Positions 37,647-47,752 of a stretch of DNA of 64,000 nucleotides are shown piece by piece. Under the pieces are notes generated by a model, which did not search any database, was not told the DNA's origin, and worked only from the letters and a program-made list of their open reading frames with translations. Origin of the DNA: an uncultured Eubacteriales bacterium (GTDB taxonomy: Bacteria > Bacillota > Clostridia > Oscillospirales > UBA644); NCBI GenBank assembly GCA_905207625.1, contig CAJLLT010000002.1, positions 25,536 to 89,535 on the forward strand, written 5' to 3'. Positions within the stretch are counted from its first letter, which is position 1. Every line of letters begins with the position of its first letter. Made by a program: the position numbers and the translations under genes.

Positions 37647-38198
37647 TTAATTCACGGTTTCGTCCATTTCCACAATTTTGACCGGGCCGGCCGGCATTTC
37701 CGCAGTATATAACCATATTTCAAACCCATCAATGGGCACTTTCGTAAAACAGCCGTCCGCGGAAAAAACATCCGAGGAACGGAAGCCCGAAAGCCCCTGA
37801 CCGGTATACTTAAGATACGCTTCCTTTTTTACCCACACCTGTAAAAACCGCTCTGCGCCGTCACCCCCGGCCGACCGGACAAACTCCTTTTCCCGGCGGC
37901 TGAAACGGCTTTCACATATTCTGCCGTAATTTTTCACGACCCTGTCGCTGCGTTCCGCGTCCACGCCGATCTCCCCATCGGAGACCGCAACGGCAGCCAG
38001 CCCCCGAGTGTGGGTCACGGAAACAAAGACATTTCCGTTTTCGACATATGGTTTACCGGAAGATGTCCTGTGCAACCGCGGCATAACGGGAATACCGTCA
38101 ATCCCGGCTCTCCGGCAGAACTCCAGAGCGGCGCATATTTTCCGGTCACTTCCGCCGGCATCAATCTTTTCCCGGAAAAGAAAAACCGCAGCATTCAT
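37647..38198 (-). CDS. 4'-phosphopantetheinyl transferase (Sfp-type)
   Basis: 183 aa with FVSVTHTRGLAAVAV, GVDAE and W.KKEAYLKYTGQGL motifs. Confidence 0.8.
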   Translation of the reverse strand: MNAAVFLFREKIDAGGSDRKICAALEFCRRAGIDGIPVMPRLHRTSSGKPYVENGNVFVSVTHTRGLAAVAVSDGEIGVDAERSDRVVKNYGRICESRFSRREKEFVRSAGGDGAERFLQVWVKKEAYLKYTGQGLSGFRSSDVFSADGCFTKVPIDGFEIWLYTAEMPAGPVKIVEMDETVN

Positions 38199-38225
38199 AC
38201 GGAAATACCGGAAGACAAAAAGTAC

Positions 38226-39458
38226 TCAGTTCTGTTCATCGGTTCCGGAAAGAACGTTTTCATATACTTCCAAAAGTTTTTCGCAGTACTCCGCAAGTCC
38301 GTTTTTGCCGTTCCGGGAAGCGATGCAGTTGCGGAACATTGTGGAAAGAGCTTTATCATCGGTCATGACTCCCCGAAGCGCATTGGCAAAACCGACATCG
38401 GAATTATTCTTTACCGGAATCCCGGTCTTTCCGTTTTCCACAAGTTCGGACAAACTTCCGATATCGGAGCAGATCACGGGAGTTCCCAGGCTGACAGCAT
38501 TCCGGACAGCCCTTGTCATACTGTCATACCGGACAGCGGGAGCAAAAAACATTGTTGCCCTTGCCGTCAGTTCACGCAAAGGCTTTCCAGAAAGGGGACC
38601 GACACAGGTAATGTTCTTCAGGCCTTTGAATGCCTCCTCCTCGCGTGTTGCCGCAACGAACCGGACATCCGGAAGTCTCTTTGCCGTTCCCGCAAAAATG
38701 ACCACGCTCTCGTCGGAATCAAATTCTCCGGCGAACAGTAAGTATTTTATCCGGAGTTTCTTTTCCGCGTCAAGCCATACGGGATCAACTGCGGATTCCT
38801 CGGCGCAATACGGCAGGACCTCAGTTTTTGTACCGAATACCCCCGGGCGGGAGGAAAGAAGCTTCTGCTCCAGGAAACGGCTGGGGCATATAAATCTGTC
38901 TATTTTTTTGTAATTAGGCAGTATTCTGTAAACCCTTGATTCAACCGCCCGGACAATACTTTCCTTCATGGAATCGTGGACGCATTTGTTTTTGATGCAA
39001 CTGAAACTTCCGCCCCCGAGACATTTTTCACAGATCTGTTCCTGCCGAAAATCGAACAGCCTGCGATTGGGACACACCATGGCATAATCATGGACAGTCT
39101 GCACAACGGGTATACCGTAAGTTGCCGCGGCATCCGTAACGGAGGGAGTAAGGCTGAAGTTTATATCATTGATATGGATTATATCCGGTTCAAAGACTTC
39201 TATGAGCGCAGACAGCTTCTTTTTGGCCTCAAATGAGTAAACCGTGCCCAGGGGATGAAATTTACGGGGGGCATCTTCCTCAACTCCGGCGTTTGTCATG
39301 CAGCATTTATCGGAGCTTCCCACAACATTGCGCCGGTCAAACATTCCGAAATACTCCACAGTGTGTCCCATTTCGGAAAGCTTCCTGCCCACCTCAACGG
39401 TGTAAGTTCCAGCCTCGCCCTGGGGGAAAAGCAAATTGTTCACCATCAGAACTCTCAT
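38226..39458 (-). CDS. glycosyltransferase family 4 (GT-B fold)
   Basis: 410 aa. The N-terminus is MRVLMVNNLLFPQGEAGTY. The C-terminal E-x7-E-type region reads LSELVENGKTGIPV. A Cys-rich insert (CPNRR...CEKC...C..NKC) is present. Confidence 0.75.
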   Translation of the reverse strand: MRVLMVNNLLFPQGEAGTYTVEVGRKLSEMGHTVEYFGMFDRRNVVGSSDKCCMTNAGVEEDAPRKFHPLGTVYSFEAKKKLSALIEVFEPDIIHINDINFSLTPSVTDAAATYGIPVVQTVHDYAMVCPNRRLFDFRQEQICEKCLGGGSFSCIKNKCVHDSMKESIVRAVESRVYRILPNYKKIDRFICPSRFLEQKLLSSRPGVFGTKTEVLPYCAEESAVDPVWLDAEKKLRIKYLLFAGEFDSDESVVIFAGTAKRLPDVRFVAATREEEAFKGLKNITCVGPLSGKPLRELTARATMFFAPAVRYDSMTRAVRNAVSLGTPVICSDIGSLSELVENGKTGIPVKNNSDVGFANALRGVMTDDKALSTMFRNCIASRNGKNGLAEYCEKLLEVYENVLSGTDEQN

Positions 39459-39661
39459 ATTGAAAATCTCCTTTACCGGCGATTCATTTTTTCGTCAAAA
39501 TCCGTCATTTTACGTCAAAATCCGTTGCCTGTTCTGAGTATACCACATATTTTTCCACCTGTCAAGGCTTTTTGCCCGCAAAGCATTGACAACCGGGGGA
39601 TTTCATGATATAATACTACAGAACACATACAGATAAACCGTACAAAGGAGATCCGAAAAAA

Positions 39662-40270
39662 ATGAAAAAATCTGTCACCGCCGTTCTCGCCGCCATTCTG
39701 ACCTTGGCATGCCTTTGCTCCTGCTCGGTATTCACCAATACAAAAGCCGTGAAGCCCTCAAGAGGTACCGTTGACGGAAACGTCTATCATTCGGACTATT
39801 CCGGAATAACCCTTACAGTTCCCGAAAACTGGTATTTCTACACCGACGATGAGATAAGCCAGCTGGTGGGTGCCACAGTCGATATTATGAAACTTGATAA
39901 CGCCAAGGCTGAAGCCATATCAAAAGCCGCCATGGATTTCTTCGTTGCAGATCCGGAAACCGGTGACAATATCAGCCTTACCTATGAAAAAGTTTCGCCT
40001 CTGGTGAGCCAGTCAACTTACATCGATGCTTTTACCAGAAATTCAGAAAGCTCATACGTCTCCGCGGGCGGATCAGCGAGCTACAAAGAAGACGGGACCG
40101 TGACCCTTTCCGCCAAAACCTACCAGAGAATAACCGGAGACCTTACCCTTAGTGGAATGGATATGAAGCAGTATGTATACGTCAGAAAGATCGGCGATTA
40201 CTTCCTGGCAGTAGTTTTCACCGTTGTTTCCGGCACTACTGCGGAACAGGTGGAGGCAATGTTCTCCTGA
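39662..40270 (+). CDS. hypothetical lipoprotein
   Basis: MKKSVTAVLAAILTLACLCSCS is a lipobox signal. A TTGACA-17-TATAAT promoter lies at about 39586-39614. Confidence 0.65.
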   Translation: MKKSVTAVLAAILTLACLCSCSVFTNTKAVKPSRGTVDGNVYHSDYSGITLTVPENWYFYTDDEISQLVGATVDIMKLDNAKAEAISKAAMDFFVADPETGDNISLTYEKVSPLVSQSTYIDAFTRNSESSYVSAGGSASYKEDGTVTLSAKTYQRITGDLTLSGMDMKQYVYVRKIGDYFLAVVFTVVSGTTAEQVEAMFS

Positions 40271-40443
40271 CCCAACACCCCGTCAATCAATAAAAGCCCT
40301 CCGTCCGGGGGGCTTTTATATTACAAATTATTCAAAATATTTCAACATAATTTTGTCTGTTCTGCATAATTGACTTTGACTGAAAATTGTGTTACAATAA
40401 TACCATACAGACACAAACATACGACAAGGAGAACTCATACTTT

Positions 40444-41712
40444 ATGAAAAGAGCCTTTTTCCTGATCCCCGCGCTGGCTGTTTGTTTTTCTCTCTGCGCC
40501 TGCACACCCAAAAACAACGAAGACCCGACGGGTCCCACACCTCCCGGAGGAATAGTTTCGGCAACGGAACTCCCGACCCAACAACCGACAGACCCCGAAA
40601 ATACACTCACCCGTGATTATGTCAACGGAATTCTGGGAAATCATGCGGGGAATGTGTACCTTTCCGAAAACGGGAAGCCATCCTTCACCCACCCGGAGTG
40701 GGAGACCGGGCCTCTGAATGATTACGGCAAATGCACCCTTCTCATAGATGAAAACTATGCGGTTACCGAAAACGGCGAAATCGTCCGGTTCCGGAATGAC
40801 CGAACCTTTGAAAGCGTACGGGAATACCTCGGATCCGTGTCGGGAAAGCTTCCTTCCGAAAAGGCTGTATTTTCGGATGACAGCGGACTGAGTCAGAAAG
40901 AACTCCGGACCTTCTGCACGTTCTTTTTCTGGACAGACAGCGAAAACCGTGTAACCGATATCTACTGCGCCGACTATACGGGAAACGATTCCGGACTTCT
41001 GGTAAGAACATCCCTCGATCTGAGTGACATTGACGAGTCCGCACCGGATTATAAGGAACTTTGCTTCAGCAGAATGTATACCCGGCTTGAAGGCAGACTT
41101 AACGTTTTCCGCACCGATTACGAAGATGATCTCGGAGCTGAGGAACTGGCTGTACCCCCTGTGAATGGGGAATACGACCTATCCTCCGCGGATGTACCTC
41201 TGGCGGCGCTGGTAAAACTTAACGGCGAAAGTCCCATAAGATCAGTACGGAGATCCGGCAGCGCGATTTTTCTGACTCTTGAAAACGGCGACGTTTACGA
41301 GTTCGGATATACCGACGCACAGCACGCGGTATGCCGTAAAGTGGATTTCGCAAAAAGATGTACCGGAAAAGGCTTTGACGTAAGACTCTACAATGACGGC
41401 AGAGTATCGCTCAACAGCGGGGAAATGGCAGGAAACGCGGCGGACATTGCCGTGAACGGCTACTCAGTATTCATACTTTTCAACGACGGCACAGTAACGG
41501 AATTCTCCGGAGTTACAAGTCCCCAGGGAATTGTCCGTACAGTCTGCCCCCATTCCGGCATAGTTCAGATCGCATATTCTTCGGAGGGATTGCTCTGTCT
41601 GACGGAAAACGGGTCGGTCTTTACCTTTAACGGTACGTCCCCTTGCGGGACCGGGGTATCCGCAATGATCCCCCTGAGCCGTGGCGGTGTATTTTTCCTG
41701 ACCGGGAACTGA
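40444..41712 (+). CDS. hypothetical lipoprotein with repeated xNGxVxxF strands (beta-propeller-like?)
   Basis: I took the start at MKRAFFLIPALAVCFSLCAC (AAGGAGAA SD). The motifs ENGEIVRF, ENGDVYEF, NDGTVTEF and ENGSVFTF recur. The track ORF extends to 40387. Confidence 0.6.
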   Translation: MKRAFFLIPALAVCFSLCACTPKNNEDPTGPTPPGGIVSATELPTQQPTDPENTLTRDYVNGILGNHAGNVYLSENGKPSFTHPEWETGPLNDYGKCTLLIDENYAVTENGEIVRFRNDRTFESVREYLGSVSGKLPSEKAVFSDDSGLSQKELRTFCTFFFWTDSENRVTDIYCADYTGNDSGLLVRTSLDLSDIDESAPDYKELCFSRMYTRLEGRLNVFRTDYEDDLGAEELAVPPVNGEYDLSSADVPLAALVKLNGESPIRSVRRSGSAIFLTLENGDVYEFGYTDAQHAVCRKVDFAKRCTGKGFDVRLYNDGRVSLNSGEMAGNAADIAVNGYSVFILFNDGTVTEFSGVTSPQGIVRTVCPHSGIVQIAYSSEGLLCLTENGSVFTFNGTSPCGTGVSAMIPLSRGGVFFLTGN

Positions 41713-41745
41713 CAGCAGAGACCATATTTGCTCATAGAAACGAAC

Positions 41746-41791
41746 AAGCAGCGCTTCTTCTCTTTCAGGGAAGGAACGCTGCTTTTTATTT
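41746..41791 (+). terminator. intrinsic terminator
   Basis: AAGCAGCG...CGCTGCTT followed by TTTATTT. Confidence 0.65.
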
Positions 41792-41805
41792 CAGAAAACC
41801 GGCTG

Positions 41806-42090
41806 TCAATACTCATCAGAGGGACGATCATGAGTTTTTGAGGATTGTCTCCTGTCACGGGCTCTCCGTATGCCCCGAATCAGGGATACCGACGTCCAGA
41901 CCGAAGAAACTATCCATACCGGGAGTACAGCCCATTTGGTCAGCGTATGGCTGCAAAAATCGACATAGGGGTTAAAAATGTCTATGACCAGAAAAGTTAT
42001 GAACATCCCGGAGCAGACAATACTTATGTGAGCCATCACTTCGGATATTATACGGCGGACTTTTCTGCCGTTGGACATCATATGAATCAC
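41806..42090 (-). CDS. small membrane protein, translationally coupled to the upstream gene
   Basis: 94 aa with two TM helices. Its ATG overlaps the stop of the 42087-43094 gene (ATGA). Confidence 0.5.
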   Translation of the reverse strand: MIHMMSNGRKVRRIISEVMAHISIVCSGMFITFLVIDIFNPYVDFCSHTLTKWAVLPVWIVSSVWTSVSLIRGIRRARDRRQSSKTHDRPSDEY

Positions 42091-43094
42091 TCCTGTTCAA
42101 TTTCGGCAATATAAAGAATGTCGCTGATCTTCCGCACACCCTCCTTGGGAGGAACGATATTTATAAGCTTATCCGAGAATATCATGGTCGAGGACTGACC
42201 GCCGTCAAGGTTGTATGCGATATCGCAACCCAGGGATTCCATAAGCTCCGCAAGTTCCGCCATGGTCATGCCCTCAGAAGTATCGCTTCTGCCGTCAACC
42301 GTGACAAAACAATAATGACCGGGTTCAAAATATCCCAGAGCCGTACGGGGATTCTTCGCTTTTATCGCTTTATAATAAGATGTTATCTTGCTGCCGTTTT
42401 CAACTATTGTCGGACCAAAGCACCACGCCTGCCATGCGCCGGAATTCAGTTCCTGTGTCGCATCAAAAGAGGCCTTTATCCCAAAGGTCTTCATACTTCC
42501 GTCCTTATACATTACCAGAACGTCATTTGTACGCTTGTCCCGGTAGAGCAATCCATTGCGGAGTACTACCCCTGTCTGGCTGTTTCCGAAACCGCTGTAG
42601 TCACCGTTTACGGCGCACACGGCATTATTGTCCTTGGCGATGGTACGCCCCGTCTGTCTTACGCCGTTGAACTCTCCGCCGGAAAAGGCTGTTCTGAAAT
42701 TGTCGGCATAGCGGACGTAAATATCCTGAACGTAATAATCCGCGTTGAACATCCGGCCGCGGGTAACGGTAACATTTATATCATGGGAGATGTAGCTGTC
42801 TTCCGTTCTGGTCACTTCGCCTTTTGCGGCGAACTTGTCTCTGAATTTTGCTCCGACCCCCCCCTCATCCTCAGTAGGAATCTCGGTCGAGGGTTCCGTA
42901 GGAACCACGGAGGGCGTTGCGGGCTCTGTGGCAGGTTCTGTCACAGGGGCGATAGGAGTAACCTCTCCCGTACCGAAGATCAGAACATGGTCAAACAGAG
43001 CATATATGTTGATAGCGACACCGAGGGCGAGAACGTCTATCACAATTACAAGCCACAAAGGCAGATTGGCACGATTCTTTTCCTTCGTATGCAC
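42087..43094 (-). CDS. phosphodiester glycosidase family protein (DUF2233/NAGPA-like), membrane-anchored
   Basis: It has an N-terminal TM (LPLWLVIVIDVLALGVAINIYALF) and a Thr/Pro/Glu-rich linker. The C-terminal region VNGDYSGFG...AYNLDGGQSSTM is typical of the family. I prefer the GTG at 43094, which follows an AAGGGGTG SD. The track ORF extends to 43214. Confidence 0.7.
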   Translation of the reverse strand: MHTKEKNRANLPLWLVIVIDVLALGVAINIYALFDHVLIFGTGEVTPIAPVTEPATEPATPSVVPTEPSTEIPTEDEGGVGAKFRDKFAAKGEVTRTEDSYISHDINVTVTRGRMFNADYYVQDIYVRYADNFRTAFSGGEFNGVRQTGRTIAKDNNAVCAVNGDYSGFGNSQTGVVLRNGLLYRDKRTNDVLVMYKDGSMKTFGIKASFDATQELNSGAWQAWCFGPTIVENGSKITSYYKAIKAKNPRTALGYFEPGHYCFVTVDGRSDTSEGMTMAELAELMESLGCDIAYNLDGGQSSTMIFSDKLINIVPPKEGVRKISDILYIAEIEQE

Positions 43095-43589
43095 AAAAAC
43101 ACCCCTTGATAAGAATACAGGAAGATACACTGCGAAAGAGTAATTTCTTCCTGACCGACCCCAAAAGACAAAAAACCAACTCAACAGCCGGTATTCCATC
43201 TTATACACAGACACATTATATATTCAATTCTTGTTAAATTTCGTTCAAAATATGTATATAAGTCCGAAAAAAACAAGAATTGACAATACCCGGCATTTTT
43301 CGCCGCCGTAAGTATACAAAATGCCCGGGCGGCAGCCTGTGTTCCGTACAGGGAATTCCGATTATGTTGTTTCATTTCAATGTTACCTCAGGAATGTAAA
43401 ATCGGGAAGTGCCGGAATGTTAAATCCTCGTAAAACGCCGTAAACCGACAAAAGTCCGCAGATTTCTCCGCGGGCGTGCAACCAAAGCGGAAACAGCACG
43501 CGTACGATTACCGATTTTTGAATCCTTTTCACGTTTTGCTCCTTTCACGGAAAAACGCGGCTTCTCTACCTGTTACGGGTTCTGATGTC

Positions 43590-43622
43590 AATAAAAAGAC
43601 CCGCAGATTTCTCTGCAGGTCT
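43590..43622 (-). terminator. intrinsic terminator after rplL
   Basis: On the minus strand, AGACCTGCAGA gaaa TCTGCGGGTCT followed by TTTTTATT. Confidence 0.75.
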
Positions 43623-43647
43623 TCGTATGTTCCGTTTTGGGGAGAAC

Positions 43648-44019
43648 TTACTTCAGTTCAACCTTAGCGCCGGCAGCTTCGAGAGCGGTCTTGGCAGCTT
43701 CAGCATCTTCCTTGGAAACGTTCTCTTTAACAGCCTTGGGAGCACCGTCAACGATTTCCTTGGACTCTTTCAGACCAAGACCGGTGATCTCACGGACAGC
43801 CTTGATAACGTCCATCTTCTTCTCGCCAACTTCGGCAAGAACAACGGTGAACTCGGTCTTCTCGTCAGCAGCAGCTGCAGCGGGAGCAGCGGCAACAGCG
43901 GCAACAGGAGCAGCGGAAACGCCGAAGGTCTCTTCGAGAGCCTTTACGAGGTCAGCAAGCTCGAGTATGGTAAGGGTCTTGATTTCTTCAATGATCTGAT
44001 TGGATTTTTCGCTAGCCAT
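43648..44019 (-). CDS. rplL: 50S ribosomal protein L7/L12
   Basis: [37 protein letters not shown]..., ending ...[14 protein letters not shown]. Confidence 0.97.
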   Translation of the reverse strand: MASEKSNQIIEEIKTLTILELADLVKALEETFGVSAAPVAAVAAAPAAAAADEKTEFTVVLAEVGEKKMDVIKAVREITGLGLKESKEIVDGAPKAVKENVSKEDAEAAKTALEAAGAKVELK

Positions 44020-44093
44020 TTTAAATTCCTCCTGAATAATTCCGGTCCGTTTAGGATCCGTATAGATTTGTTATCCCGTAACGGGAAAATAGG

Positions 44094-44600
44094 TTAAGCT
44101 TCTGCGGATGCAGAATCTTTGTCGATCTTCGCCTGAAGGACATAAGCGAGTCCGTACAGGGAAGACTGCAGGGAGCCGAGCATCTTGGCGATGAGGCCTT
44201 CCTTGGAAGGTATTGCGGAAAGCTCCTTAACACCTTTCTCGTCCAGGATCTCGTCATCGACGAATCCCGCCTTGATCTTGAAATTCTCATGGGTCTTGGC
44301 AAAGTCGCAGAGGATTCTCGCAGCAGCGGTATAATCTTCGCTGACAGCCATAGCGGTGGTACCGTTGAAGATATCGCCGAGAGCCTCGTATCCGGCTTCC
44401 TTAGCGGCAAAACGGGCGAGAGTATTCTTCACTACAGAGTAGTGTACGCCTTCTTTGAGAAGGGCCTTACGAAGAGCGGAGTCATCGGCAACATTGATAC
44501 CTTTGTAATCTACGAAAACGCCGGCATGTGCGGACTGCATCTTTTCGGTAAGAGCGGCGACGGTCTGCTTCTTTTCCTGAAGTACTTTTTCGTTGGGCAT
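44094..44600 (-). CDS. rplJ: 50S ribosomal protein L10
   Basis: 168 aa with KKQTVAALTEKMQSAHAGVFVDYKGINV. It lies directly upstream of rplL. Confidence 0.95.
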   Translation of the reverse strand: MPNEKVLQEKKQTVAALTEKMQSAHAGVFVDYKGINVADDSALRKALLKEGVHYSVVKNTLARFAAKEAGYEALGDIFNGTTAMAVSEDYTAAARILCDFAKTHENFKIKAGFVDDEILDEKGVKELSAIPSKEGLIAKMLGSLQSSLYGLAYVLQAKIDKDSASAEA

Positions 44601-44786
44601 TGATTTTCACCTCCCATAGTTAATAGGACAAAACAAAAAGCTCTTTCTCCGCATACAGAGAAAGAGCGTAAAGACGTAAAGTGTCAAACTCTTCCTCGAT
44701 AGGCATATTTAAGCGAAAGCACCTATTGTCTTAGGAATTGTTCTCACGAACCATTATATTATATCAGAGCTTCCGGGGCTTGTCAA
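44601..44786 (-). promoter_or_regulatory. rplJ promoter and L10-type leader with attenuator hairpin
   Basis: On the minus strand: TTGACA (plus 44781-44786), a 17-nt spacer, then TATAAT (plus 44758-44763). The ~150-nt leader contains CTCTTTCTCtgtatgcgGAGAAAGAGCTTTTTGTTTTG. Confidence 0.6.
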
Positions 44787-44977
44787 GTACCGAAATCGGT
44801 AAATTTTTATGAACTTGCACCTTTTCCGACTGTATATCCGGAGCATAAGGCACCTTCAACGCGAAGCCCGTCGGGCTTCGCGCCGCCTGACGCGGTTGCG
44901 GGCACATGCGGTGCCCGCAGGAAGGTGCCGGAGCCCACTCCCGTACATACCCTGACATCCGGCCCCGGAAACGTGCT

Positions 44978-47386
44978 TTATTTTACAACGATATTTATCA
45001 TTCTGTCGGGAACATAGATCTCTTTGACAATCTGCTTGCCGTCGACAAAAGAGCGTACGTTCCCGTTCTCCTTGGCGGCACCGAGAGCCGTATCCCGGTC
45101 AGAGCCCTTTGCAAGGACAACCGTGGCACGGAGTTTTCCGTTGACCTGAACCGGGACCTCCACCGTAGCGTCTACAGTCTTGGACTCATCGTATTCAGCC
45201 CATTTCCCGCTGGCAAGCATTCCTCCGAAACCGTTCTCTTCCCACATTTCCTCCGTAAGATGAGGTGCAAAGGGATTGAGTATGGTAAGGAAAGTACGCA
45301 TCTCCGCCTTGTTTATGCTCCCCTTATCATATATCTCGTTGAGGAGAGCCATCATTGCGGCGATCGCCGTGTTGAACTTCAGATTTTCTATATCCTCACT
45401 TACCTTTTTGACGGTCTTGTGCATGGAGGCTTCCAGCTGTTCCGAATACTCCTCGCCGTCGCAAACCATGGACTGAAGCCCGTAGACTCTTTCAAGGAAC
45501 CTCTTGCAGCCCCTGACGCCGTTTTCGGACCAGGGGGCAGCCTTCTCGAAATCTCCGATGAACATCTCATAAAGTCTGAGGGTGTCAGCACCGAAATCAC
45601 GGACTATATCATCGGGGTTGACAACGTTTCCACGGCTCTTTGACATTTTTTCGTTGTTTGCCCCCAGGATCATACCGTGAGAAGTTCTCTTGGCGTACGG
45701 TTCGGGTGTGGGAACCACGCCGATGTCATAAAGGAATTTGTGCCAGAATCTGGAGTACAGCAGGTGCAGAGTGGTATGTTCCATTCCGCCGTTATACCAG
45801 TCAACGGGCAACCAGTACTTCAGGGACTCCTGCGAAGCAAGGGCTTCACTGTTTTTCGGATCGCAGTAACGCAGAAAATACCAGGACGACCCGGCCCACT
45901 GAGGCATGGTGTCCGTCTCTCTTCTTGCTTTTCCGCCGCATTTCGGGCAGGTGGTATTCACCCAGTCCGTCATTTTCGACAGCGGACTCTCACCGTCGTC
46001 CGTAGGTTCATAGCTTTCGACATCGGGAAGTCTGAGCGGCAGTTCACTCTCCGGCAGGGGAACACAGCCGCACTTTTCGCAGAACACCACGGGAATAGGC
46101 TCGCCCCAGTATCTCTGACGGGAGAATATCCAGTCACGGAGCTTGAAATTGACCTTTTCCTTTCCTATCTTGTTTTCTTCCAGCCAGCCGATGATCTTTT
46201 TCTTCGCATCCGCAACGGAAAGCCCGTTGAGGAAGTCGGAATTGACAAGAGTACCCGTCTCGATATCGGTAAAAGCTTCCTTTTCTATATCTCCGCCGGC
46301 AACGACCTCCACCATAGGCAGGCCGAAGGTCTTCGCGAATTCCCAGTCACGGGTGTCGTGGGCAGGAACCGCCATTATCGCGCCGGTGCCGTAGCTCATA
46401 AGAACGTAATCGGAAGCAAATATGGGAATATGTTTTCCGTTCACCGGATTTATGGCTTCAATACCGTCAAGACGGACACCTGTCTTGTCCTTGGCAAGTT
46501 CCGTGCGTTCAAAATCGCTTTTTCTCGCAGCTTCATCCCGGTAAGCAACAAGGGCATCGTAATTGCGCAGGAGTTCCTTTTTCTCCTCGATCAGACCGTG
46601 TTCGGGAGAAATTACCATATATGTAGCTCCGAACAGGGTATCGGGACGGGTAGTGTAGACCGTCAGGGTATCTCCCGCGGTGGTTTTGAAATTGACCTCA
46701 GCGCCGGTGGAACGCCCGATCCAGTTTCTCTGCTGTGCCTTTATCTTCGGCATATAATCAACAAGATCAAGGTCACTTACGAGTCTGTCCGCATATTCGG
46801 TTATCTTGAGGACCCACTGGGTCTTGTTTTTTCTGATGACGGGGGCGCCGCAACGTTCGCAGACTCCGCCCACGACCTCTTCGTTTGCCAGAACACACTT
46901 ACAGCTTGTACACCAGTTTACCGCCATTTCCTTTTTATAGGCAAGACCGTGCTCAAGAAGCTTGAGGAATATCCACTGGGTCCACTTGTAGTAATCGGGA
47001 TCGGTGGTGTTTATTTCCCTGTTCCAGTCAAAAGAAAGACCGAGAGACTGTATCTGCTGCTTGAAATGAGCTATATTCTTTTCGGTCACTATGCTGGGGT
47101 GGATATTGTTCTTTATCGCAAAATTTTCAGTGGGAAGTCCGAAAGCATCCCACCCCATGGGATAAAGAACGTTATAACCCTGCATCCGGCGTTTACGGGA
47201 AACGATGTCGAGGGCTGTGTAAGGACGGGGATGTCCAACGTGCAGTCCCTGTCCGGAAGGATATGGGAACTCTACCAAAGCATAGAACTTCGGTTTGGAA
47301 TAGTCGGTACTGGCGGAGAAAACTCCGGAATCAGCCCATTTTTTCTGCCATTTAGGTTCGATTTTTTTATGATCGTAGTACGCCAT
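44978..47386 (-). CDS. leuS: leucine--tRNA ligase
   Basis: 802 aa with [13 protein letters not shown] (HIGH) and KMSKSRGN (KMSKS). Confidence 0.97.
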   Translation of the reverse strand: MAYYDHKKIEPKWQKKWADSGVFSASTDYSKPKFYALVEFPYPSGQGLHVGHPRPYTALDIVSRKRRMQGYNVLYPMGWDAFGLPTENFAIKNNIHPSIVTEKNIAHFKQQIQSLGLSFDWNREINTTDPDYYKWTQWIFLKLLEHGLAYKKEMAVNWCTSCKCVLANEEVVGGVCERCGAPVIRKNKTQWVLKITEYADRLVSDLDLVDYMPKIKAQQRNWIGRSTGAEVNFKTTAGDTLTVYTTRPDTLFGATYMVISPEHGLIEEKKELLRNYDALVAYRDEAARKSDFERTELAKDKTGVRLDGIEAINPVNGKHIPIFASDYVLMSYGTGAIMAVPAHDTRDWEFAKTFGLPMVEVVAGGDIEKEAFTDIETGTLVNSDFLNGLSVADAKKKIIGWLEENKIGKEKVNFKLRDWIFSRQRYWGEPIPVVFCEKCGCVPLPESELPLRLPDVESYEPTDDGESPLSKMTDWVNTTCPKCGGKARRETDTMPQWAGSSWYFLRYCDPKNSEALASQESLKYWLPVDWYNGGMEHTTLHLLYSRFWHKFLYDIGVVPTPEPYAKRTSHGMILGANNEKMSKSRGNVVNPDDIVRDFGADTLRLYEMFIGDFEKAAPWSENGVRGCKRFLERVYGLQSMVCDGEEYSEQLEASMHKTVKKVSEDIENLKFNTAIAAMMALLNEIYDKGSINKAEMRTFLTILNPFAPHLTEEMWEENGFGGMLASGKWAEYDESKTVDATVEVPVQVNGKLRATVVLAKGSDRDTALGAAKENGNVRSFVDGKQIVKEIYVPDRMINIVVK

Positions 47387-47388
47387 GA

Positions 47389-47748
47389 TTACTTTTTCTC
47401 CTCCAGAATCTCGGAAATATCAACGACTGTTCCGTCCTTCCAGAAACGTTCCAGATCGTAAAATGCTCTCATTTCGCGGTTGTAGATATGGATAACGGCT
47501 TCGGTATAGTCAAGAAGGATCCATCCTCCTTCGGCAACGCCTTCACGGTGATGAAGCGCGAACCCCGCCTTTTCCATCTGATATTCGCACTCATCCGCAA
47601 GAGCCTTCACCTGGGTGGACGAGGAGCCGTTGCAGATCACAAAATATGACGTAAGGCTGGTGAGTTCTTCTATCTTGAGGACCCTTATATCTTTCGCCTT
47701 TTTGCTGTCCAGCGCCTTTACTGCGGTTTCAATTATCTTGTTCTCCAT
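47389..47748 (-). CDS. rsfS: ribosome silencing factor RsfS
   Basis: 119 aa with [31 protein letters not shown]. Confidence 0.9.
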   Translation of the reverse strand: MENKIIETAVKALDSKKAKDIRVLKIEELTSLTSYFVICNGSSSTQVKALADECEYQMEKAGFALHHREGVAEGGWILLDYTEAVIHIYNREMRAFYDLERFWKDGTVVDISEILEEKK

Positions 47749-47752
47749 ATGA

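Noticed and set aside
43441-43630. Repeated hairpin motifs considered as a mini CRISPR array.
   Set aside because: There are only two copies. They are imperfect and terminator-like, each with an adjacent T/A run. There are no regularly spaced repeats and no cas genes anywhere in the window.
44765-44977. A T-box or other leader associated with leuS.
   Set aside because: leuS is preceded directly by rsfS with a 2-nt gap, in an operon. The GC-rich hairpins at 44870-44935 lie downstream of leuS and look like terminators. The rplJ promoter follows them.
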